Shown: one piece after another, positions 7,499-14,706 of the stretch
Layout: each line of letters starts with the position of its first letter
How positions within the stretch are numbered: the stretch's first letter is position 1
NCBI GenBank assembly: GCA_964522265.1
Contig: CAZFVS010000001.1
Location: forward strand, 50,605 to 82,604
DNA length: 32,000 nt
Direction of reading: 5' to 3'
Source: an uncultured Gammaproteobacteria bacterium
GTDB taxonomy: Bacteria; Patescibacteriota; Microgenomatia; Daviesbacterales; UBA10151
Notes under the pieces: generated by a model
What the model was told of the DNA's origin: nothing
Database searches by the model: none
What the model saw: only the letters and a program-made list of their open reading frames with translations
Translations under genes and position numbers: made by a program

Positions 7499-8466
7499 TC
7501 TTGGTAAACATTATTGTATAGATCTTCTTTTTGGGGAAACGGGGTTTTTTGGGCAGATTCCAGGCTTTTGTATATTTTTTCCGAAATCTGCGCTTCTAAT
7601 TCTTGGATCTGTTTTTCTGTAAACTTAAGACCTAACAGTTTTTTCCTTTGAATTAAGTATGGGTCGATTCTTTTCCATTTTTCAAACTCATCCTTGCTTC
7701 TGTAACCTGCTTGAAAATCCTCATGTACTCCGACATGTTCAAGATAGCGGTAGTATTTTAACTGTATAAATGCCGGTGTTTTATCTTTTTCAATTTTAGC
7801 AATGGCATTTAGTGTCAGGTTATAAATTACTTCCGGGTCAGTTGTATTTTCTTCAAAAAAATTGATTTTATATTGGGATATAATTTTTGTTAAAGAATCA
7901 TAGCCGCGCCTTAAATGAGTAGCTGTGTGGACTGCCAAACCATTATCCTCGCAAATGAACAGGACAGGAAGCTTCATCAGGCAGGCTATGTTGAGGCTTT
8001 CCCAAAACACGCCTTCATCTGTTGCCCCATCCCCGAAAAAAACAGCAACAACTTTGCCGTTTTTTTTCTGTTTATTGACAAACGCAGCCCCTAGAGCAAG
8101 CGGGATTGTGCTTGCCACAATTGCAGATACACCCAGGAGGTTATGTTCTGGCGAAATCAGGTGCATTGATCCGCCCTTACCTTTGACAACACCAGTAGTC
8201 TTACCGTACATTTCCCCAAAAAACCCTTCCACATCACCTGTTTTTGCAAGATACAACCCATGGCTTCTGTAAGTTCCGAAAGCTTGGTGGTTTGTACCAA
8301 GGGCAAGGCAGCAACCTGCAGAAATTGCCTCAGAACCCATTGACATGTGCATTGGTGTTTTCATCTCATCAGATTCATAATTTTCAATAATAAGCTCTTC
8401 ACTCCGTCGTATCAGGTAAACAGTTTTATATAAATTAAGATTTAAATTCTTCCTATCAGATGGCAT
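7495..8466 (-). CDS. 2-oxoacid dehydrogenase E1 component, alpha subunit homolog (ThDP-binding)
   Basis: The ORF-track start at 8517 is TTG, followed by ATG at 8514; either would overlap the Gmd-like gene by about 60 nt. ATG at 8466 (MPSDRKNL) overlaps by 11 nt and has a GGAGGG about 13 nt upstream. TYRSHG, GKGGSMH and the ThDP motif GDGATDEGVFWESLNIACLMKLPVLFICEDN are present. Confidence 0.8.
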   Translation of the reverse strand: MPSDRKNLNLNLYKTVYLIRRSEELIIENYESDEMKTPMHMSMGSEAISAGCCLALGTNHQAFGTYRSHGLYLAKTGDVEGFFGEMYGKTTGVVKGKGGSMHLISPEHNLLGVSAIVASTIPLALGAAFVNKQKKNGKVVAVFFGDGATDEGVFWESLNIACLMKLPVLFICEDNGLAVHTATHLRRGYDSLTKIISQYKINFFEENTTDPEVIYNLTLNAIAKIEKDKTPAFIQLKYYRYLEHVGVHEDFQAGYRSKDEFEKWKRIDPYLIQRKKLLGLKFTEKQIQELEAQISEKIYKSLESAQKTPFPQKEDLYNNVYQE

Positions 8467-9445
8467 TTTTGTAGTAATCCCTCCAATAGTTAAGCATGTC
8501 CAAAAGCGTGTCATCAAACTTATAAAGCGGTTTCCAGCCAGTAGCTTTTATGAATTTATCAACGGAGGGGATTTGCAATGTTACATCTGAAGGCCTCAGT
8601 CTTTTGGGATCATCTTTTATCCCGACACCCTTTTTGGTGGAGAATGAGATAAGTTTATTTAACATCTCCCCTACAGTCATGGTTTCAACTCCGCCGATAT
8701 TGTAAACTTCTCCGTCCTTGCACTTGTTTACCAGAAGCCAATAAGCCCTAACAGCATCCCGCACATCCATAAAAGTACGTATGCTATTTAAATTGCCTAC
8801 CATCACTGTAGGTTTTTGTTTCCCTACCTCTATAGCTGCTATCTGTTTTGCAAAATTGGAAGGTGCAAAAACCTCGCCGCGTCTTGGACCTTCATGGGTG
8901 AACATCCTTGTCCTGATTGTTTTTAAACCCCATGATAAAAAATATTGATATGCAATCATATCCTCACCAACTTTTGATACCGCATAAGGGGAGGCAGGCC
9001 GCAACGGGTTTGTTTCTTTAATAGGTATCTCATTTTTTGTCACCTGACCATAAACTTCCGAAGAACTACAAATATGAATAATGGGGTCATAACCGGATTT
9101 ACGTTTATTTTGTAAAATAGCCTCCAATAAATTACATGTTCCAATAGTATTTATTTCAAGTGTTGATGAAGGGGCAAGAAAACTGAAGTCAACATAAGAT
9201 TGGGCTGCCAGATGAAATATGACGTCGGGTTTTTCCTCACTTATAGTTTTGTTTAAAGAATGGGAATCTAAAAGGTCGCCGTGGATCAGTTTTATTTTAT
9301 GCAATACATGAGAGATGTTATTCTTTGGGGATCGCCACCTGACCAATCCTGAAATTTTTACTTTAGGGTGATTCTCTAAAATATAATCGACAAGATGACT
9401 ACCGACAAAACCGGTGATGCCGGTGATTAACGCCTTTTTATACAT
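8456..9445 (-). CDS. gmd: GDP-mannose 4,6-dehydratase family SDR (Gmd/Rmd-like NDP-hexose 4,6-dehydratase)
   Basis: ITGITGFVGSHLVDYIL, FHLAAQSYVDFSF, SSSEVYG, SPYAVSK (YxxxK), MFTHEGPRRGEVF, VGNLNSIRTFMDVRDAVRAY. The PRRGE and GNLxxxR blocks are Gmd-type. Nucleotide specificity cannot be read from the sequence. Confidence 0.65.
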   Translation of the reverse strand: MYKKALITGITGFVGSHLVDYILENHPKVKISGLVRWRSPKNNISHVLHKIKLIHGDLLDSHSLNKTISEEKPDVIFHLAAQSYVDFSFLAPSSTLEINTIGTCNLLEAILQNKRKSGYDPIIHICSSSEVYGQVTKNEIPIKETNPLRPASPYAVSKVGEDMIAYQYFLSWGLKTIRTRMFTHEGPRRGEVFAPSNFAKQIAAIEVGKQKPTVMVGNLNSIRTFMDVRDAVRAYWLLVNKCKDGEVYNIGGVETMTVGEMLNKLISFSTKKGVGIKDDPKRLRPSDVTLQIPSVDKFIKATGWKPLYKFDDTLLDMLNYWRDYYKNAI

Positions 9446-9489
9446 TCGGGACTATTTTGATAGCAGTTTAATTTTTCTGATCCGTTTTG

Positions 9490-10416
9490 TCAACGCGTGC
9501 ACAATAAATTTGTAAATATTATTTTTGAAGTTTCAGCAGGATAAATTTTTAGTAATTTACTAGCGGAGGTGTAAATTAATTTTTGTGAGCCCTCATTAAT
9601 ATCATAAAGTTTAAAATGGTTGAATGCTAAAAATTTTAGGTAATTTTTTGGTTTACTTTCTGCGGCAATTAACCCTTGAGGCCAAAATTCGGTAATAATT
9701 TTTATATCATGATTATTATTAATTAAATTAACGCCGCTTGTTAATGCCTGAAGTTCTCCGCCCTGGATATCGATTTTTATAAGGTTTACTTTTTGGGTTT
9801 GTTTAAAAAAACTATCAAGAGTTACAGATTTGACACTGATGGTTTTTATTCTATCTTTGAATTTATAAGACCGATGATCGGTTGTATTTGATGGAATGCT
9901 TAAGTAAAATTTTGATATTCCGTTTCTGTCCGTTACAGCTTGGTTGATTAATATAACATTTTGATATCCGTTAGCCGCAACATTCTTCTTCAGTAATTGA
10001 AAATTTTTTGGATCAGGTTCAAAAGCATAAACCTTGCCCTTTTTCCCGACAATTTTTGCAGCGATCAGGGTATAATAACCAATATGTGCGCCTATATCGA
10101 TTACTACATCACCTTTTTTAACATTCTTTCTGAAAACCTCTGTTTCAAAAGGTTCCCAAACTTTATATACTAATAACTGTTTTGATAAAATATCATCAGT
10201 TTTATCAATATGCATTTTGTTGCCTAGGATAGTGATAAACTCAGGTTTTAAAAAATTTGTGATTAATTTTACTATTTTTTTTGAGTATGAATCTTTAGGT
10301 AACCAATCCAAAAGTGAATATGTGAGGCCCTTAATTCGTAGATCCTTTCTTATTTTAAAAAAAGTGCGTTTTGTTTTTATGTAAGCTTGATGTATTAATT
10401 TTTTGATTGATTGCAT
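9490..10416 (-). CDS. FkbM-family SAM-dependent methyltransferase
   Basis: The ORF-track start at 10425 is TTG; the first ATG is residue 4 (10416). VVIDIGAHIGYYTLIAAKIVGKKGKVYAFEPDPKNFQLLKKNV...VTLDSF...VNLIKIDIQGGELQAL is the FkbM pattern. Confidence 0.8.
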   Translation of the reverse strand: MQSIKKLIHQAYIKTKRTFFKIRKDLRIKGLTYSLLDWLPKDSYSKKIVKLITNFLKPEFITILGNKMHIDKTDDILSKQLLVYKVWEPFETEVFRKNVKKGDVVIDIGAHIGYYTLIAAKIVGKKGKVYAFEPDPKNFQLLKKNVAANGYQNVILINQAVTDRNGISKFYLSIPSNTTDHRSYKFKDRIKTISVKSVTLDSFFKQTQKVNLIKIDIQGGELQALTSGVNLINNNHDIKIITEFWPQGLIAAESKPKNYLKFLAFNHFKLYDINEGSQKLIYTSASKLLKIYPAETSKIIFTNLLCTR

Positions 10417-10457
10417 ATTTTGCAAAATAGATAAACTATATTATAAACTTGTTTGCA

Positions 10458-11010
10458 ATGATATATAAATTTTTAGGCAAAACAGATCTTAGAATTTCAG
10501 CAGTAGGACAGGGGACAACCGGTACAGGAGGGTATATTAATGCAGATTCAGCGAAAGATAAAAACAGGATAAAAGTTTTAAGATATGGTATTAGTTTAGG
10601 AATGAACTTTATTGATACTGCTGAGCTTTATGGGGGGGGGACATGCAGAAGAGATAGTAGGCAAGACGACAAGGGAACTTCGGAAAAAAATTATTATTGC
10701 CTCAAAATTTAATCCAGGAAATGCCAATAGAATTAGCAAAGCTTTGGAGGGAAGTTTGGGACGGGGGATTCAGTTAAAATTCATTTTACGTAAGTTGTTT
10801 TTAATGTTGCATCTATTGAGTTTCTTAAAAAAAGCAGAACTTGAAATACAGATTTACGCAAAAAAAGCGGGAATAAGATCTTTAAAACAGACAATAGTCT
10901 ACTATATAAAATTAATTGTTTTTGTTTTTGTTTTTCTATTTGTTGACTGGATAAAAATTTTAAGCTTGAGAGATATTGATTATAATTTACTACGCGGCCA
11001 TTTATCGTAG
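10458..11010 (+). pseudogene. Aldo/keto reductase pseudogene: +1 frameshift in a G9 run and 3' truncation (paralog of the AKR at 2141..3238)
   Basis: Two ORF-track frames (10449..10712 and 10612..11010) splice into one AKR if the G9 run is read as G8: MIYKFLGKTDLRISAVGQGT...NFIDTAELYGGGHAEEIVGKTTRELRKKIIIASKFNP...ALEGSL...MLH...KKAGIRS...SLRDIDYNLLRG. These align with LIDTAEVYFDGHAE, IFIATKF, EESL, IHWP, GKIRYVG and SLQTEYNLLDR of the intact paralog. The last roughly 100 codons of an AKR are missing. Homology after EGSL is weak. Confidence 0.65.
10632..10640 (+). repeat. G9 homopolymer at the frameshift point of the AKR pseudogene
   Basis: Read directly: TAT GGG GGG GGG ACA. Eight Gs would restore YGGGHAEE. 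Position anchored on the ORF-track frame (Y61 codon at 10629). Confidence 0.9.
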
Positions 11011-11920
11011 GAGTAAGTAGGTTAATGTATGCCTGGCTTTGGTATTTTTCTAAAACGCCTTTTTTTTCGGCTTCCTGTAAAAGTTCAACTGCACAGTCTT
11101 GAAGTTTGATGATTTCCATAAAACTTGCAAGCTTCAGGATTCTTTTTTCGTTCCAAAATTTTCTCCAACCTAATTTTTGCATTTGAGAGACTGCATCCTT
11201 TAAATATACGGCTTGCCCTATTATTGCTTGGCCAAATTCCGTAGGACTGGTTTTTTTTGAAAAAAGATTAGGAGATAAACCTCTTCTTCCATATCTGTAC
11301 ATGCTTAAATCAAAAAATGTAAATCCCAGTGATGATAAGAGTGAGTCTAATTGGCTAAAGGTTGGTCTATTGATGTGTAATGGGTTAAACGAGATCTCAA
11401 TGCTTAGGCCGAAAACAGACTTTTTCAAAATCTCTTTAGCACCTTTTAAAACATCTAATTCTGCGCCTTCTATATCAAGTTTGATAAAATCTATCTTGCT
11501 TGTCTTGTTTTTTTTAAGAAAAGAATCCAGAGTTATGGTTTTTATTGTTACAATTTTCCTAATACTCATATTTTTTTCTGAGGGTAACCTTTTATAGAAT
11601 TCCATATTGGGTTTATAAAAGCCTGAAGAAGCCGGGTAATTTGTAATATAAAATTTTCTTTTTCCTGCAGTTTTGCTTAAAGCAATAGGGTAAAATTTAT
11701 GTTGAGAGCTTTTATATTTTTTATTTAACCTAGTACACTCCTTTAGATCTGGCTCAAATCCGATAATTTGAAATTGATCATTAAATGCACGCCATTGTTT
11801 TCGAAACCCCCCTCTTGCCCCCACGTCTATAATTATAAATTTATCATCATCAAATGTTTTTTGTCTTACTAAAGTATTAGTAAGTTTTGTGTTCTGTTCG
11901 ATATTTTTTAATGCGCACAT
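10781..11920 (-). CDS. FkbM-family methyltransferase with a C-terminal extension; the last ~76 codons are encoded antisense to the AKR pseudogene
   Basis: IIIDVGARGGF...IIGFEPDLKECTRLN...ITLDSFLKK...IDFIKLDIEGAELDVLKGA is the FkbM pattern. Residues 304-379 (10781-11010) lie opposite the AKR remnant and end in a hydrophobic/amphipathic stretch, LILYSRLLSVLKILFPLFLRKSVFQVLLFLR. The stop of wzt lies 3 nt upstream of the ATG at 11920. Confidence 0.75.
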   Translation of the reverse strand: MCALKNIEQNTKLTNTLVRQKTFDDDKFIIIDVGARGGFRKQWRAFNDQFQIIGFEPDLKECTRLNKKYKSSQHKFYPIALSKTAGKRKFYITNYPASSGFYKPNMEFYKRLPSEKNMSIRKIVTIKTITLDSFLKKNKTSKIDFIKLDIEGAELDVLKGAKEILKKSVFGLSIEISFNPLHINRPTFSQLDSLLSSLGFTFFDLSMYRYGRRGLSPNLFSKKTSPTEFGQAIIGQAVYLKDAVSQMQKLGWRKFWNEKRILKLASFMEIIKLQDCAVELLQEAEKKGVLEKYQSQAYINLLTPTINGRVVNYNQYLSSLKFLSSQQIEKQKQKQLILYSRLLSVLKILFPLFLRKSVFQVLLFLRNSIDATLKTTYVK

Positions 11921-11923
11921 AGC

Positions 11924-13186
11924 CTAGGTTCCTATAAATTCTTTTGACCAATCAAGCTTAGGTCTGACAATTCCTGGGAAAAATCCAGTTGAAGAACCCC
12001 TAACAGAGTCTCCTTCAATGGTGTCAATGACTCGGAAAGTAATAGCCTCATTGAAATGAACTGCAGGATATCTTTTTTCAATAAAACCGTCAAGTGAAGC
12101 TCTAATAACAAAAACACCTTCTGCGAGAAAATTTCCTGGTATCCAGCAAGTACTTTTATATATACCAGATTTTTGGGGTGCATTGCTTCGAATATGTTTA
12201 ACATCCTCCGGTGAATTAAATATTACAATTCCAGTTTCATTTGTGAGTTGAATATTACAGGAAAAATAGATTTTTGATTTTATAACCTTATAAAAAATCT
12301 CCACACCCAGAGGTTTTCTGATATCAAAACTTTTGTTCACTTGGCCATCTTTATTAATAATCCTAACTCTTGTCATCTGAACCGCGTCGTTTCGAAAATT
12401 TAAATTTTGGCAGTTTACTTCGGGAGTTAATCCAATGCCTGCATTCAGGTATTCGGAAACAACTTTTTGTGCAGGACCTGATTTCACAATTTTTCCTTCG
12501 TCTAATAAATAAACCTTTTGACATAGGGAGGTTATAGCATGCATGTTATGGGAAACAAATAACACTGTTCTTCCTTTCTCGCTGACATCCTGCATTTTTC
12601 CCAAGCTTTTTTTCTGGAATGCCGCATCTCCTACCGATAGAACTTCGTCCACAATCAGGATCTCAGGTTCAAGATGAGCTGCTACAGAAAAAGCAAGCCT
12701 CATATACATTCCCGATGAATAGTGTTTGACAGGAGTATCAAGAAACTGATCTATCTCCGCAAAGGTTACAATTTCATCAAATCTTAAATTAATCTCTTTT
12801 TTGGTCATGCCAAGCAGAGTTCCATTTAAATAAATATTCTCTCTGCCTGTAAGTTCCGGATGGAATCCTGTTCCAATCTCAAGTAAGCTGGCAACCCGGC
12901 CCCGGAGAATTGTTTTACCTTTTGTGGGAGGGGTTATTTGGCTTAAAATTTTTAGAAGAGTACTTTTTCCGGAGCCGTTTTTACCGATAATTCCTATTAC
13001 CTCACCTGGGTATACATCAAAGGATATATTTTTTAACGCCCAAAATTCCTCGCTTCTGTTTTTTTTCAAGACGGATAATGGGTTTTTAACGATATCAGTC
13101 AATATATCACGGAATGAATAATAGCCTTTTTGTTCCATAATCCGGTACTTCTTTGAGATTTTTTTTATTTGAATAATAGGTTTCAT
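11924..13186 (-). CDS. wzt: Polysaccharide ABC exporter ATP-binding protein (Wzt/TagH type) with a ~165-aa C-terminal beta-rich domain (Wzt_C-like glycan-terminus binding)
   Basis: Walker A GKNGSGKST, signature YSSGMYMRLAF, Walker B ILIVDEVLSVGD, H-loop SHNM. The N-terminal KKYRI...SFRD start is typical of Wzt/TagH. The extra C-terminal domain spans residues ~255-420. ATGA overlap with wzm. Confidence 0.85.
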   Translation of the reverse strand: MKPIIQIKKISKKYRIMEQKGYYSFRDILTDIVKNPLSVLKKNRSEEFWALKNISFDVYPGEVIGIIGKNGSGKSTLLKILSQITPPTKGKTILRGRVASLLEIGTGFHPELTGRENIYLNGTLLGMTKKEINLRFDEIVTFAEIDQFLDTPVKHYSSGMYMRLAFSVAAHLEPEILIVDEVLSVGDAAFQKKSLGKMQDVSEKGRTVLFVSHNMHAITSLCQKVYLLDEGKIVKSGPAQKVVSEYLNAGIGLTPEVNCQNLNFRNDAVQMTRVRIINKDGQVNKSFDIRKPLGVEIFYKVIKSKIYFSCNIQLTNETGIVIFNSPEDVKHIRSNAPQKSGIYKSTCWIPGNFLAEGVFVIRASLDGFIEKRYPAVHFNEAITFRVIDTIEGDSVRGSSTGFFPGIVRPKLDWSKEFIGT

Positions 13187-14001
13187 ACTGTATCGGCGAA
13201 AAAATTCTCGGTTCTTTTAAAGTAATACAATCCCGCAATAAATATTATGACGGATATAAAACAGGATATAAAAAGCATCGGATAGTCAAAAGAAGAAGAA
13301 CCCTTAAATGCAACACGCATTGATTCTATCACACCGGTCATGGGGTTTAAGGCAAAGAGGTATCTTAATGAATCCCGCAGGACTGAGCTTGGATAAATGA
13401 CAGGAGTTAGAAATAATAGAATCTGTATAAAGTAGGGTAAAATATACCGTATATCACGGTACTTAACGTTAATCGAAGCCAAGAAAAAACCTAAGCCAGA
13501 GGCTGTAAAAATAGTTATTAATACACAAAAGGGCAGTAGGGCCAGTATATAGAGTGAAGGGGTAAATCCATAATAAAGAGCCATAATAATAATTACTACA
13601 AAATTGATTGCAAGATCAACAAAGCTTGTGACAACGGCAGATAAAGGCAAAATCTCCTTAGGGAAATAAATCTTTTTGATAATATTTGCATTATCAACCA
13701 TTGAATTACTGGTGTGAGTTAAACTGCTTGAAAAAAAGGTCCAGAAGACAAGACCGATAAAAACAAAAAGTTCGTAAGGGAGTCCCTCGGAGGGAATTTT
13801 TGCAATTTTTCCAAAAAAAATAGTAAAAATACCCATTGACATTAGGGGTTGGAATATTACCCAGGTAATTCCTAAAAAAGTTTGTTTATAACGGACCTTT
13901 ATATCCCGCCAGGTAAATATAAAAAAGAGTTCCCGGTATCTCCAAAGTCCTTGGAAGTCTAAAAGCTTCCATTTTTTTCTTGGTTTTATTACAATCTCCA
14001 T
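13183..14001 (-). CDS. wzm: ABC-2 type polysaccharide exporter permease (Wzm/TagG type)
   Basis: 272 aa with about 6 hydrophobic segments. The N-terminal WRYRELFFIFTWRDIKVRYKQTFLGITW motif is characteristic of Wzm/TagG/KpsM permeases. Translationally coupled to wzt. Confidence 0.85.
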   Translation of the reverse strand: MEIVIKPRKKWKLLDFQGLWRYRELFFIFTWRDIKVRYKQTFLGITWVIFQPLMSMGIFTIFFGKIAKIPSEGLPYELFVFIGLVFWTFFSSSLTHTSNSMVDNANIIKKIYFPKEILPLSAVVTSFVDLAINFVVIIIMALYYGFTPSLYILALLPFCVLITIFTASGLGFFLASINVKYRDIRYILPYFIQILLFLTPVIYPSSVLRDSLRYLFALNPMTGVIESMRVAFKGSSSFDYPMLFISCFISVIIFIAGLYYFKRTENFFADTV

Positions 14002-14049
14002 AACTTTTTAGAGATGATACCAGAATTTATAGTAATTTGAAATTCAAAC

Positions 14050-14706
14050 TTAAGTTTTTACGGAGTAGCAGGAAATGTAACTAGCCTTAAATGGAACATA
14101 ATTAAATAAAGTATTTCCCCGCAAGAGTAATCGGGCTAACCCAAATGGTATTTGTAATATACCTCCTTCTTGACCCATTTTAACTAGTTTAAACCTATGT
14201 TTTTGTAAAATTACCTTCAGACTTAGAGGGGTATAGAAATTAACGTGCGTTTCTTCCTTAATACATTTTATAAAATCAGGAAGCCTGATACATAACAACC
14301 CACCCTTTTTTAATAGTCGATGGGCTTCTCTGAGGGCATGTTGTGGATTCTCTATATGCTCTAATGAATCAATCATTGTTACTACATCAAAATAATTATT
14401 AGGAAAGGGAAGTTTATCGTTTGATAAATCAGCTTTGTATAAATCTTTTGAACCCAAGTAGCTTTTTGCAGCTTTGACAATATAATCTGAAATATCAACA
14501 CCAAATACCTGGAACCCATTTTTCCTGCAAATTTCTAAAAAATATCCTTTTGCACATCCAATATCTAAAATTTTACCTTTAAAGCCCAAAAAAATTATCT
14601 CTGCAGCAACCTTATTAAATGTTGGGTTATTTTTATACTCTTGATAATTTATTTTTCCAGATCCATAATGTTTGAAATATTTTTTGGTATAAGTATACTT
14701 CCTCAC
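14050..14706 (-). CDS. Class I SAM-dependent methyltransferase
   Basis: GTG start forming a GTGA overlap with the GT4 stop; there is no ATG before motif I. Motif I ILDIGCAKGYF, then VFGVDIS, FDVVTMIDSLEHIENP and LLKKGGLLCI. Confidence 0.8.
   Translation of the reverse strand: MRKYTYTKKYFKHYGSGKINYQEYKNNPTFNKVAAEIIFLGFKGKILDIGCAKGYFLEICRKNGFQVFGVDISDYIVKAAKSYLGSKDLYKADLSNDKLPFPNNYFDVVTMIDSLEHIENPQHALREAHRLLKKGGLLCIRLPDFIKCIKEETHVNFYTPLSLKVILQKHRFKLVKMGQEGGILQIPFGLARLLLRGNTLFNYVPFKASYISCYSVKT

Noticed and set aside
8467-8517. Upstream TTG/GTG-extended starts given in the ORF track (8517, 2184, 1394, 6428, 10425, 29170, 29724, 10449)
   Set aside because: In each case the extension begins on TTG and creates a longer overlap with the upstream gene. 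The first ATG gives a classic 1-, 4-, 8- or 11-nt coupling junction and a protein N-terminus that matches the family. The GTG start at 14706 was kept because no ATG precedes motif I.
10417-10457. Sigma70-like TTGCAA-N16-TATAAA in the 41-nt divergent gap between the FkbM gene and the AKR pseudogene
   Set aside because: Hexamers of this kind occur by chance throughout DNA this AT-rich. It would leave almost no leader, and the downstream gene is a pseudogene. It cannot be supported without transcript data.
10916-10933. (AAACAA)x3 hexamer repeat encoding KQKQKQ
   Set aside because: Three units only. It is noted as a sign of relaxed constraint within the AKR remnant/methyltransferase tail, but it is too short to call a repeat element.
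14036-14048. Palindrome TTTGAA-A-TTCAAA in the 48-nt gap upstream of wzm
   Set aside because: The 6-bp arms with a 1-nt centre cannot form a terminator hairpin. A palindrome this short is expected by chance in AT-rich sequence, and no second copy was seen.
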